Of a stretch of 64,000 bases of DNA, positions 38,428 to 47,295 are shown piece after piece. Within the stretch, counting starts at the first letter, position 1. Each line of letters starts with the position of its first letter. Under the pieces are notes generated by a model that did not search any database, was not told where the DNA came from, and was given only the letters and a program-made list of their open reading frames with translations. A program made the position numbers and the translations under genes. Source of the DNA: a virus (taxonomy: Duplodnaviria > Caudoviricetes); IMG/VR virus record IMGVR_UViG_3300027749_000034. One strand, 5' to 3'.

Positions 38428-38436
38428 GTAACAAGA

Positions 38437-38465
38437 TTGACATTTGTACTAGTATAGCGTAAAAT
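38437..38465 (+). promoter_or_regulatory. Sigma70-type promoter
   Basis: TTGACA-17 bp-TAAAAT. Confidence 0.7.
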
Positions 38466-38471
38466 TGCACA

Positions 38472-38672
38472 ATGAGCAAGATAAAAAGACAACATGATCA
38501 GGTTTGTATGGACACTATAAATTCGTGGCTGTTGACTCTGCACGAGGCCATTGAAAACGACACCAGTTTAACGCCTGAACAGCAAGAGCACATTGACGCA
38601 ATAATCTATGGAAATATCAGCAATTATTTAGAGCAGTTTTTTAACTATCCGGACTACAACAATCACAACTGA
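38472..38672 (+). CDS. Hypothetical protein
   Basis: ORF directly after the promoter. Confidence 0.6.
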   Translation: MSKIKRQHDQVCMDTINSWLLTLHEAIENDTSLTPEQQEHIDAIIYGNISNYLEQFFNYPDYNNHN

Positions 38673-38749
38673 AGCTAAATAACTGTAGAACATTATATTG
38701 TTTGACTAAATAGTCAAGAGCGTTTTTAAGTCAAATAATCGGAGAACAC

Positions 38750-39073
38750 ATGCTAATTACAACAGTAACATTTATGAGACCAAGTGCAACAACCGCTTGG
38801 TATTGTCTGACAGACCAATTTAGAGATAGAAACTTCACTGCTTACCAGGATACAGGAAAGCTTATGGCTGTCTATTCCACTTTAAGTGATGATGGTTTGA
38901 CTTTAAATTTGGTAAATCGTTGGAAATCAAAAGCAGATTTTGATTTATTTGCGGCTGATGCAGTCGCAATTGACATGAAAGAAGATAGGTTATTATATTG
39001 TATCAATCATAATATCACACTTGATTATCACGGCGAACTTATTGCCGATGAAAACGATCCAATTCCAGCATAA
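38750..39073 (+). CDS. Hypothetical protein, paralog A
   Basis: GGAG SD; aligns by eye with 39089-39385. Confidence 0.7.
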   Translation: MLITTVTFMRPSATTAWYCLTDQFRDRNFTAYQDTGKLMAVYSTLSDDGLTLNLVNRWKSKADFDLFAADAVAIDMKEDRLLYCINHNITLDYHGELIADENDPIPA

Positions 39074-39088
39074 AGGACATTAAATAAA

Positions 39089-39385
39089 ATGATAACATTA
39101 ACCAGACTTCAAACAAGAACAGACACTACAACTCCGTTTTATTATAATATGCCGTTCGCGGCCAGACAAGTTATTATTGAAAAATATCAAGGTGCAAATG
39201 CAACTTTATTGCAATCCAACTTGGAATTTTCAGCAGACCGATTGGTGTTTGCTCAAATATTTGTTTTTACAACTCCAGAAGCATGTGCGGCTTTTCAAGC
39301 CGAAGCCTTGGTAATTGCAGACCAGGACGCAAAAGTAGCACATTGTTTAGCCAATGGTATCACAGCGGCCGAATCCGTAGTTTAA
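39089..39385 (+). CDS. Hypothetical protein, paralog B
   Basis: AAGGA SD; shares the T..R..T..(W/F)Y...S.D.L...F.A(D/E)A...C..(H/N).IT pattern. Confidence 0.7.
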   Translation: MITLTRLQTRTDTTTPFYYNMPFAARQVIIEKYQGANATLLQSNLEFSADRLVFAQIFVFTTPEACAAFQAEALVIADQDAKVAHCLANGITAAESVV

Positions 39386-39402
39386 TCTAAAACTGCTAAT
39401 AC

Positions 39403-39433
39403 AAAATAAGGAACCTCGGTTCCTTATTTTTTT
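39403..39433 (+). terminator. Intrinsic terminator
   Basis: AAAATAAGGAACC-TC-GGTTCCTTATTTT plus further T residues. Confidence 0.8.
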
Positions 39434-39434
39434 C

Positions 39435-39442
39435 AATAAATA
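39435..39442 (+). promoter_or_regulatory. Late promoter-like motif AATAAATA
   Basis: Directly after the terminator, 5 nt before ATG 39448. Confidence 0.5.
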
Positions 39443-39447
39443 TCTAC

Positions 39448-40326
39448 ATGTTCCTAAGCCATGTTTCCGACGTCAAATACAATCATTGGAGAGTATACCC
39501 GCAATTGCCAAATTGGGCGTTGATTAACAACGAGCACAAATTATCGCTGGTCAGTAATGTATGTCGACATCAGGGCAGTAGGTTGCGGGGTGAGTCTGGT
39601 CGAGGCGATAGGATGTGCCCATTTCACGGATGGCGGTATGATTTGCAAGGTACTCCATTGGGCAGTGGCAATACTAAATGTGCAAATGTTGCACAGCTAG
39701 ATGCAAAGGATGTGACTGTTACAAACAATTTTGTATTTTCAGAATCTGTAGATCTCACCGAGCTAAATTTTGTTGACAATCGAAATTTAGTGTTAGTTGA
39801 AAACAGAATAGACATTGTAAATACCCATTGGAAAAATGTAATTGATTTATTTCTAGACGTGGATCATATTCCAATTGTACATCCCGGTGTCTATCAGGAA
39901 ATTGGTGCTCCCAATGTCAACAATATCAAATGGCATTACAAAGACAATGCCAGCATTCAGTTGGTGCCGCGTGTTGAAATAGACAATGAATTTAATAGCA
40001 CACTATTGGATGCAGATAAGTCACTGCCTTATTCTGCGGCTTGGACCACTGTGTTCCCATATACCATGATAGAATGGCAACCAGGTGCTTGGTTTATTAC
40101 TGTATGCGTACCGGTCTCTGACTCATTGACCAAGGTCAATGTATACAAGTACAAAGATACTCGTTACGGTTCACAAAATTGGGAAATCAATTCCAAAGTT
40201 TGGGAAACTGCCTGGGCACAGGATAAAAATCAAGCAGAACAATTGACCAATATTGAAATTGATCCTGCCCATCTAGAAGCGCAAAAATTGCATTTCCGCA
40301 CTTGGTTAGATCAAGTTACGATATAA
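39448..40326 (+). CDS. Rieske non-heme iron oxygenase, alpha-subunit-like
   Basis: CRH...CPFHGW Rieske motif; WKNVIDLFLDVDHIPIVH mononuclear-iron motif. Confidence 0.9.
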   Translation: MFLSHVSDVKYNHWRVYPQLPNWALINNEHKLSLVSNVCRHQGSRLRGESGRGDRMCPFHGWRYDLQGTPLGSGNTKCANVAQLDAKDVTVTNNFVFSESVDLTELNFVDNRNLVLVENRIDIVNTHWKNVIDLFLDVDHIPIVHPGVYQEIGAPNVNNIKWHYKDNASIQLVPRVEIDNEFNSTLLDADKSLPYSAAWTTVFPYTMIEWQPGAWFITVCVPVSDSLTKVNVYKYKDTRYGSQNWEINSKVWETAWAQDKNQAEQLTNIEIDPAHLEAQKLHFRTWLDQVTI

Positions 40327-40854
40327 CCAATGACTAATAGGCGTAGTAAAATTCAATTTAAATGTGCCCGGAACAGTTATTGTGTATGGCCGTTCTAAGT
40401 TAGAAAACTTTATGGTTTCACCTGATACAAATTCAAAGGTACCAAACTTTTTCAAATAACCAGGTGCTGGCCCCATAAAATAATCTAGGTCTATATTTTG
40501 TGATCGTTGAATCAGTTGTTCTTGTTTTTTGGTTGCGTCTGGATCTGTATAATTCCAAATCTCATTTGGGCTAGAGGCCCGCCAGCCTGGAGTAAACTGT
40601 CGATTATCGTCAACCCATTTTAAATTTAAATTATTGAGATTTATCCTACTTGGTTTATTGATAGATAAAACTTTAAAGCCCAGGCAATACTTTTTGTTGT
40701 CTTCCAATGAAATTTTATAATTGATACTGTTACTGTTACCAGTCAATTCTAGCTCATTTATTACAGCATCGTTCAAAGTAAGTTGAACAGGCACAGGATT
40801 ATAAATGTTAACCAACCCCAATTTAAATGTAAACACAATGCTTTCAGACTGCAT
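40306..40854 (-). CDS. Hypothetical protein
   Basis: GGAG SD; coupled to the upstream minus-strand gene. Confidence 0.6.
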   Translation of the reverse strand: MQSESIVFTFKLGLVNIYNPVPVQLTLNDAVINELELTGNSNSINYKISLEDNKKYCLGFKVLSINKPSRINLNNLNLKWVDDNRQFTPGWRASSPNEIWNYTDPDATKKQEQLIQRSQNIDLDYFMGPAPGYLKKFGTFEFVSGETIKFSNLERPYTITVPGTFKLNFTTPISHWLYRNLI

Positions 40855-41797
40855 TGATGTCTCCGGTGGTCAAAATTGCCTTTAATTGTTCCGTAGTACC
40901 GAGATAGTCTACTTCGCTTTTACCGCAACGATTTCTAATTTTTGTCCACTTTTCTATTAGAGGAAATTTTGCTCTCCAGAAGATGTCTGGAACACCAGTA
41001 CTTTTTGGCCTGGGCAAGCAATCAAATATCTTGGCTTTATTAAATGCAGTACTGCCATCAGTTCTCAATGCCATGTAAGATAAAACAATATCCGGGCGCC
41101 AGCTTAAAAAATTCCAAGGATGATTTCCACAATATCTATTAATTGTAAAATCTGCTTCGTGTAGCAACCATCCAGCATGCTTTAAAGAACCATCTGGATT
41201 CATAAACTTATTGTCAAAGAATCGTCCTGCAATGTATTCAATATTGGGATCTGGAAATACTTCTGGAAATCCGGCTCCCATTACCAATACTCCACCTTGA
41301 TCTTCTGCATATCTAGCCAGCCTACCACTGATATATGGGCCGCCAACTGTACGCAAACAGTCACGGCTTCCTAGTTGTGTAATACCAAGCATGTATTGTG
41401 AAATATATTCTTTATATGTAATTTCTTTAACATTGTTATCTGCACACCATTTGTGTGCCCACCAGGTATCTTCAGCCTGTAAATCTTCCGCTTCGTATAT
41501 GATTGGTGTAAACGGAATTCCCTGTCTATGGAAACTTTTTGCAACCCATTCACTGTCAATGCCGCCGCTCATTCCAACAAATATCTTGCCGTATGTTTCA
41601 TATAATTCTTGGGCAATTTCATTGCTGACAGTTGTAATGTCTCGTATCTCACTTGGTCCATTGGGTACCAGATATGCATCCATATCGCTTTCAATAGTCG
41701 GGTCATCATAGGTTCGATTATATCGCATTTTGATCCAACCATCCTTGCCAGCGCCAGGCCAGGCGGATAGTTCTTCGCGAGTTAAATACTGTTTCAT
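40844..41797 (-). CDS. PP-loop (adenine nucleotide alpha-hydrolase-like) protein
   Basis: IFVGMSGGIDSE PP-loop motif; TAAGGA SD before ATG 41797. Confidence 0.65.
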   Translation of the reverse strand: MKQYLTREELSAWPGAGKDGWIKMRYNRTYDDPTIESDMDAYLVPNGPSEIRDITTVSNEIAQELYETYGKIFVGMSGGIDSEWVAKSFHRQGIPFTPIIYEAEDLQAEDTWWAHKWCADNNVKEITYKEYISQYMLGITQLGSRDCLRTVGGPYISGRLARYAEDQGGVLVMGAGFPEVFPDPNIEYIAGRFFDNKFMNPDGSLKHAGWLLHEADFTINRYCGNHPWNFLSWRPDIVLSYMALRTDGSTAFNKAKIFDCLPRPKSTGVPDIFWRAKFPLIEKWTKIRNRCGKSEVDYLGTTEQLKAILTTGDINAV

Positions 41798-41836
41798 ATC
41801 CTTAGTTAGCATACTTTTTTTGGATGTCTTAACCAA

Positions 41837-41865
41837 TTGACATTTAGATAAATTTGTGGTATACT
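41837..41865 (+). promoter_or_regulatory. Sigma70-type promoter
   Basis: TTGACA-17 bp-TATACT. Confidence 0.75.
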
Positions 41866-41895
41866 AGTAGAACTAACACTATCAGGAGACATTTA

Positions 41896-42180
41896 ATGTT
41901 ACGATCATTTGTATTGCGGTCTAGGCCTTTTATAATTTTTGATGCAACCAAAGCAGAGCATCGAGATATTTTCCATACATTTCAAAAGACCAAATCTTGG
42001 CAACATAGTCCGTACCAATGGGCCTTAGATGACGACAGCACATCAGTGGTACATTCAATCGCCAACAAAGTAATTGCCTACTACTTGGCCAAAGAATTTG
42101 ACCGTCCTGTAAAGACTGCCAAAGTTACAAAAGCCGTACTCAAAATCAAAGACATTAAAACTGTAAACGGCAGACATTAA
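41896..42180 (+). CDS. Hypothetical protein
   Basis: AGGAG SD; ATG 41896. Confidence 0.65.
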   Translation: MLRSFVLRSRPFIIFDATKAEHRDIFHTFQKTKSWQHSPYQWALDDDSTSVVHSIANKVIAYYLAKEFDRPVKTAKVTKAVLKIKDIKTVNGRH

Positions 42181-43041
42181 ATGAAAAAGACAGTTATCAC
42201 CTGTGCCATTACCGGTGGTCAGACTACACCTGAACAGACACCTTATCTACCTGTTACTCCAAAACAGATTGCTGATTCGGCACTAGAAGCCGCAGAAGCT
42301 GGTGCCAGCGTAGTTCATATACATGTGCGCGACCCAGAGTCGGGCCGCCCAAGTATGGATCTAAAATTGTATGATGAAGTGGTTGCACGAATCAAAGATA
42401 TCAATGACCAATTGATTATTAATTTAACCACCGGTGCAGGCGCTACTGGTCCTGCAGATCGTGTAGGGAGCAGTCCAGCATTTGCCAGCGCCGAAGCTCG
42501 TGTAGAACATATCTTGGCTCTAAGGCCTGATATCTGTAGTTTAGATTTAAACACAATGAATCGTGGCGCAGAAAATATCACAATCAATACCTTGACCACT
42601 GCCCGCACCATGGCCCGTTTGATTCGAGAAGCAGGTGTCAAACCCGAAATTGAATTATTTGATTCTGGTGACTTTCATATTGCTCAACAATTAATTCGAG
42701 AAGGTCTAATTACTGAGCCAGCAATTTGGCAAATTGCCGCAGGTGTCAGATGGGGATGGAGTGCCACATCTGAAACATTAAATTATGCTCGTAATCTGTT
42801 GCCCCGAGATGCAACATGGTATGCCTTTGGTATTGGTGCCCAGCAAATGCCGTTTGTTGCACTCAGTACAATTGCTGGTGGTCATGCTCGTGTAGGGCTC
42901 GAAGATAACATCTATTTAGAACGAGGTGTGCTGGCAAAAACCAATTGCGAACTGGTAGAAAAAGCCGTCAAAATTATTGAACTTTTGGGCGGCGCAATTG
43001 CTACACCCGCAGAAACTCGTCAAATTTTTGGGCTAATTTAG
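42181..43041 (+). CDS. Beta-keto acid cleavage enzyme (BKACE/DUF849, Kce-like)
   Basis: ITCAITGG...AAEAGASVVHIHVRDP...GGHARVGLEDNIY. Confidence 0.92.
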   Translation: MKKTVITCAITGGQTTPEQTPYLPVTPKQIADSALEAAEAGASVVHIHVRDPESGRPSMDLKLYDEVVARIKDINDQLIINLTTGAGATGPADRVGSSPAFASAEARVEHILALRPDICSLDLNTMNRGAENITINTLTTARTMARLIREAGVKPEIELFDSGDFHIAQQLIREGLITEPAIWQIAAGVRWGWSATSETLNYARNLLPRDATWYAFGIGAQQMPFVALSTIAGGHARVGLEDNIYLERGVLAKTNCELVEKAVKIIELLGGAIATPAETRQIFGLI

Positions 43042-43116
43042 AACTGTTGCTAAAAAACAACAAAAATAGCCCAAAATCTCCTTAGAAATCAACGACTTAG
43101 CGACTCAAAATAACGG

Positions 43117-43145
43117 TTGACAGCAGGCTCAAGATCGCTTATACT
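43117..43145 (+). promoter_or_regulatory. Sigma70-type early promoter
   Basis: CGG-TTGACA-17 bp-TATACT. Confidence 0.8.
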
Positions 43146-43175
43146 GTATGTACAGTAAACGAAAAGGAGTTAAAG

Positions 43176-43415
43176 ATGACAGAATTTGAAAAGAACTGCT
43201 ACGGTATGTCCGAGCAAGCCATCCGTGAACAGTACATGAACAGCATCACTGCCAAGTTCTCCGGACTTGAAATGGTTGCTATGGGCATCCTAAGCGATTG
43301 CCAAGAAATGATGTCGATGGGCACAGGTCCTCGCTCAGTTGAGTATGTTCGTAAACAGATGAACATTGCCAAGTTCATACTGTCTGAGATGATGGAAGCT
43401 CGGCAAACCGCTTAA
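43176..43415 (+). CDS. Hypothetical protein
   Basis: AAGGAG SD. Confidence 0.7.
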   Translation: MTEFEKNCYGMSEQAIREQYMNSITAKFSGLEMVAMGILSDCQEMMSMGTGPRSVEYVRKQMNIAKFILSEMMEARQTA

Positions 43416-43436
43416 ATATTTTCTAAGGAGAAAATC

Positions 43437-43715
43437 ATGCGTAAATTAACACTTGCTCTTGCAGTAGTCGTAAGTCTTAGCACCACAGCCTGTGCTCATA
43501 ATCCAGTAGGCTCAGCCCTGCTGGGTGGCGTGATTGGCTACTCATTGGCCCAACCGCGAGTGGTGTATGCACAACCTGCTCCGGCTCCGTACTACGGATA
43601 TCATCAGTATAACAGCGGTCCAACTCGTGACTTGGGTCATGTTTGTCCAGGGTACTCAACACCGGTGTATCAAATGAATCATACTGGTGCGTATGTTTAC
43701 CAAGGTTGCAGATAA
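43437..43715 (+). CDS. Putative exported or lipoprotein-like small protein
   Basis: Signal-like N-terminus ending TTAC; glycine-zipper-like segment. Confidence 0.6.
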   Translation: MRKLTLALAVVVSLSTTACAHNPVGSALLGGVIGYSLAQPRVVYAQPAPAPYYGYHQYNSGPTRDLGHVCPGYSTPVYQMNHTGAYVYQGCR

Positions 43716-43737
43716 ACAACACCAATAACCCGACCGG

Positions 43738-43766
43738 TTGACAGGGTATTGGTTCTGCGTTATAAT
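43738..43766 (+). promoter_or_regulatory. Sigma70-type early promoter
   Basis: CGG-TTGACA-17 bp-TATAAT. Confidence 0.85.
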
Positions 43767-43796
43767 TGTGGCATAGTAAGTAAAAAGGAGTTGGCG

Positions 43797-44024
43797 ATGT
43801 TTGATACAGATTTTTCCAAAGATTTTGGTATGTTTACTGTTGCAGGCAACAAGCGGGTGGCAACCATTGTGAAACGAGCCCATGCCAAACGCTGGACTTG
43901 GCCTGAGACTTACAAGGCTCTCGAAGCACTGAGTAACGAAGACAAATTTGGCGAAGCAATGGACACAGAAGTCCGCGAGGTTGTTTACAGTCGTTGTAAT
44001 TTTAAAACCACCTTTTATATCTAA
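43797..44024 (+). CDS. Hypothetical protein
   Basis: AAGGAG SD; ATG 43797. Confidence 0.7.
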   Translation: MFDTDFSKDFGMFTVAGNKRVATIVKRAHAKRWTWPETYKALEALSNEDKFGEAMDTEVREVVYSRCNFKTTFYI

Positions 44025-44033
44025 GGACCACAA

Positions 44034-44195
44034 ATGAGTAAAATGGCAGAACTGGCATACGACATCGAGCAACTGTACATTGAAGGGTGCCACCCTACAA
44101 AGATTGCTCGACTTTTGGATTGCCCTTTGGGCATAGTTTACGATTGGTTGGAAGACCAAAATGTAGCAGAAGATACAACAGGAGTAACGGTATGA
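44034..44195 (+). CDS. Small HTH-like hypothetical protein (53 aa)
   Basis: AAGGA SD; PTKIARLLDCPLGIVYDWL resembles a helix-turn-helix; below the ORF-track cutoff. Confidence 0.55.
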   Translation: MSKMAELAYDIEQLYIEGCHPTKIARLLDCPLGIVYDWLEDQNVAEDTTGVTV

Positions 44196-44464
44196 CTATA
44201 CAAGAAATCAACTCAGCCATCATGTCTGGCTCTTTTACAAATGATCAATTGACCAGCATTGGTGATGCAATCCGCTTTGCTCGTGCCCGTCTAGTAGAAC
44301 AGACCAAGCGTTCGATTACCTTGGGTTCCAGAGTCAAGTTCACCAGCAACCGAAATGGTATGACTTACACCGGCACAGTTGATAAAATCAAAATCAAATT
44401 TGTGCTGGTAAACACACCACAAGGTCGTTACAATGTGCCTGCTTCAATGTTGGAGAATGCATAA
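44192..44464 (+). CDS. Hypothetical protein (SH3/KOW-like C-terminus)
   Basis: AGGAG SD; ATGA overlap. Confidence 0.65.
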   Translation: MTIQEINSAIMSGSFTNDQLTSIGDAIRFARARLVEQTKRSITLGSRVKFTSNRNGMTYTGTVDKIKIKFVLVNTPQGRYNVPASMLENA

Positions 44465-44688
44465 TGTTCACAGTCAATGGTAAAGCACAAACTGTAGGAT
44501 TCGTCGGCGGTATGGTTGTTGTTGGTGTGCTGTTTGGCCTACTAGCAAGTCTGCCAGTTATGTGGCTATGGAATGCCTGCCTGGTTGGTGCCATAGATGG
44601 CGTACATGAAATTGGTTGGCTACAGTCCTGGGGACTGTTGGTACTGGTCAATATATTTTTTAAACTTTCTCTTTCTACCAAGGATTAA
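44464..44688 (+). CDS. Small membrane protein
   Basis: TAATG coupling; hydrophobic. Confidence 0.65.
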   Translation: MFTVNGKAQTVGFVGGMVVVGVLFGLLASLPVMWLWNACLVGAIDGVHEIGWLQSWGLLVLVNIFFKLSLSTKD

Positions 44689-44690
44689 TC

Positions 44691-45137
44691 ATGGCAACTC
44701 GTTCAGCAATTGGCGTCATGCACGGTAATGTGATCAAGGCAGTATACTGTCATTGGGACGGCTACCTTGAACACAATGGTGCTATTTTACAACAGCACTA
44801 TGACAGCGGCAAGGCCAACAACCTAGTGGCCCTGGGAGACATCAGTGCCTTGCGCGAAGAAATTGGCGAAAAACATTCGTTCAGTCCTCTTGACAGTGGC
44901 ATGACCACTGCAGAATACGATCGCTTGTACGGCAACATGACTACCTTTTATGGTCGTGATCGCGGCGAAGAAAATGTCAGCTGGAAGGTATTCCACGACT
45001 ATGATTCGTTCTATGATTACTTTGATGGTGCTGGTGCCGAATATTACTATATCATGCGAGATAGTGTGTGGTACTACAGCACCTGTCGTGACAAGACTCT
45101 TCGCTTGCTGAGCGAAGGCCTAAAGGTGGCGGCATGA
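44691..45137 (+). CDS. Hypothetical phage protein (TRS.IG...YCHWDGY motif)
   Basis: AAGGA SD. Confidence 0.75.
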   Translation: MATRSAIGVMHGNVIKAVYCHWDGYLEHNGAILQQHYDSGKANNLVALGDISALREEIGEKHSFSPLDSGMTTAEYDRLYGNMTTFYGRDRGEENVSWKVFHDYDSFYDYFDGAGAEYYYIMRDSVWYYSTCRDKTLRLLSEGLKVAA

Positions 45138-45334
45138 GCGGATTCCGTTCTAAACGCCTACTGGCGCAGGCCCGTTGGACACAACCATGGCCAGGCACTA
45201 CCAAAATTGACACTGAACTGATTGCACAACGAATGATAGCAGAAATGCTTGACATCATGCAATTAGAAGAAAGTCAATACAAAGAAGCAAACCAAGTTAT
45301 CAATCACATTAAATCACTCAAGGACTCCAAATGA
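45134..45334 (+). CDS. Hypothetical protein
   Basis: ATGA overlap. Confidence 0.6.
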   Translation: MSGFRSKRLLAQARWTQPWPGTTKIDTELIAQRMIAEMLDIMQLEESQYKEANQVINHIKSLKDSK

Positions 45335-45504
45335 AAACCAATCGCAAATTGAACACTGAATATGATCGCAAGCAGTCAGAGGCTCTGCGTCCAGCCAATA
45401 AAACTTATGAGTATGCTGAACTTCAGCGTGTTATGAACAACTGGATTTTGACCACTTGCTTAGGTGGTGAACAGTACAGTCCGTTTGAAACTGTAAATTC
45501 ATAA
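45331..45504 (+). CDS. Hypothetical protein (57 aa)
   Basis: AAGGA SD; ATGA overlap; read manually. Confidence 0.5.
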   Translation: MKTNRKLNTEYDRKQSEALRPANKTYEYAELQRVMNNWILTTCLGGEQYSPFETVNS

Positions 45505-45596
45505 TGGCCTGGATTGCTGTACTGATGTTGGTGATGGTAGGTCATCCCGGTATGGCACTATTCCTGGCATTTTTAATTTTATTTTTTGGAGCATAA
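45504..45596 (+). CDS. Small hydrophobic protein (30 aa)
   Basis: TAATG coupling; MAWIAVLMLVMVGHPGMALFLAFLILFFGA. Confidence 0.45.
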   Translation: MAWIAVLMLVMVGHPGMALFLAFLILFFGA

Positions 45597-45597
45597 C

Positions 45598-45942
45598 ATG
45601 GGTTTGGATATGTACGCATACTCTAAGGTCAAGGACAATGAGCAAGAGAAAGAACTTGCATATTGGCGCAAGCATCCTAACCTGCATGGTTGGATGGAAC
45701 AACTGGCCGAGGACAGAAATCTAGAATACAGCTCGTTCAATGGCATTGAGTTAGAACTGTTTGAAGAAGATCTAGCTGACTTGGAAGATGCCGTTATTAA
45801 CGGTCACTTGCCGCCGACTTCGGGATTCTTCTTTGGCAACGAAGCAGATGAACATTACAAGCAACAGGATTTAGACTTTGTTGCTCATGCTCGTGCAGAC
45901 TTGTTCTGTGGGCTACGAGTGTTTTACAATTCCAGTTGGTAA
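45598..45942 (+). CDS. Hypothetical phage protein (MGLDMY...WRKHPNLHGWM)
   Basis: GGAG SD. Confidence 0.75.
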   Translation: MGLDMYAYSKVKDNEQEKELAYWRKHPNLHGWMEQLAEDRNLEYSSFNGIELELFEEDLADLEDAVINGHLPPTSGFFFGNEADEHYKQQDLDFVAHARADLFCGLRVFYNSSW

Positions 45943-45956
45943 TACAGGAGGCTGGC

Positions 45957-46721
45957 ATGCGCTTATATACGAGCATGTCCAGACAACAATACTACGAAGG
46001 TCGAGATTACGAAAGTAACGAAGATCTTAAACAATTATTAAGCACAAGATTTAACATACAAAATTTTGATACACTAGGTGGTACCGGTACCAAGGTAGAT
46101 CTAGTGGGTTACGGTGATCGCACTTTTTATTTTAGTATTAAAAATGCCAGTGGTGGAAATACACAGGTACACGGCACAACGCACAAGGCCATGTGTAGTA
46201 CTTTAAATGCACCTGTGACAGTGATAGAAAAATTAGAGAAATGGTTTGGTACATCGGATCTGACCAAGTTCAATACATGGGCCATGGGAATTGATCTGCA
46301 TGCCAACAGTGAACAACGCAGACAACGGTTTGGTAGTCATCATATTCCAGCATGGGACGAAGTTTTGACCTGGTTGAATGAAGTTACCGCCGCAGGGGTC
46401 CTGCCAAAGTTGTTGTTGCAATCGTTGAATGATCGGCATACTGTAGACTATCTTATATGGCGCAATAAAAGAACCAACTATATTGAAATCGTTGATGTGA
46501 ATCAGTATGTGACCTGGATCACTGCCAACTGTCACTGGATCATGAGCCGGAGCAGGATTGGCCACAACTACAACATATGGTGCGTAGGACCAGAGGATCA
46601 AAAGATTTTTAGTTTACAAATGAAAGGGTCCGGAGATGGTGAACTTTATCACACACCACAGTTTCATACCTATCGAAACTGGCCTAGAGAATTTGTAGCA
46701 TTTCCGCAACAACCTGTTTGA
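45957..46721 (+). CDS. Putative PD-(D/E)xK restriction endonuclease-like nuclease
   Basis: GTKVD...FSIKN...TQVH resembles the KxD...SxK...Q core of MspI/HinP1I-type enzymes; AGGAGG SD. Confidence 0.55.
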   Translation: MRLYTSMSRQQYYEGRDYESNEDLKQLLSTRFNIQNFDTLGGTGTKVDLVGYGDRTFYFSIKNASGGNTQVHGTTHKAMCSTLNAPVTVIEKLEKWFGTSDLTKFNTWAMGIDLHANSEQRRQRFGSHHIPAWDEVLTWLNEVTAAGVLPKLLLQSLNDRHTVDYLIWRNKRTNYIEIVDVNQYVTWITANCHWIMSRSRIGHNYNIWCVGPEDQKIFSLQMKGSGDGELYHTPQFHTYRNWPREFVAFPQQPV

Positions 46722-46746
46722 CACTTTGACCATTTTGTAGTATAAT
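46718..46746 (+). promoter_or_regulatory. Sigma70-type promoter
   Basis: TTGACA-17 bp-TATAAT. Confidence 0.8.
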
Positions 46747-46752
46747 TAGATT

Positions 46753-47295
46753 ATGCTAAAAGAAACCATTGCCAACTATGTGGCCACGCCGTACACAAAA
46801 GTTCGGCGAGGCCCAGACAGTTACACAGAGTCCATTGAGATTACTGTGATTGAATTGAACCGACTGATCGATTTGTATCGGACAACCTCAGGCGCTCAAC
46901 GACTGCGTTTGATCCGAGATGCAATTGATCATTGGTTACGCAGGTACCATGGTTATGCAATTCGTGGTAGCATTGGTAGCCATTATGCTACCAAGGAAAG
47001 TGCCAGTTCAAAGGCCAAAATCTTTGAGCATGTGATTCCAGCCAGCAAGACTCGGGACCTGTTGTTGCAAGGCATACTGACAGCAGAACAGGCAATTAAT
47101 ATGCCCACTTGTTTTGTTTCTAAGAAACAAGACTTGACGCTTAACAAGAGCGGCAGGGTAAGTTCAACATCAAACTTGTGGATATTCTTTGAACGCTACA
47201 ATATTTTCACAGATGCAATTACCACGCACGATGGACAAGCAATTGATCCTACTGCATGGACATTACAAGATCACTTTGACTATTTTAAATCATGA
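46753..47295 (+). CDS. Hypothetical protein (EHVIP, HNH-like motif)
   Basis: KIFEHVIPAS motif only; weak functional call. Confidence 0.6.
   Translation: MLKETIANYVATPYTKVRRGPDSYTESIEITVIELNRLIDLYRTTSGAQRLRLIRDAIDHWLRRYHGYAIRGSIGSHYATKESASSKAKIFEHVIPASKTRDLLLQGILTAEQAINMPTCFVSKKQDLTLNKSGRVSSTSNLWIFFERYNIFTDAITTHDGQAIDPTAWTLQDHFDYFKS

Noticed and set aside
43142-43157. LexA (SOS) box
   Set aside because: CTGT and ACAG are separated by 4 nt, not the 8 nt required for a Gammaproteobacterial SOS box. Kept only as a generic palindrome.
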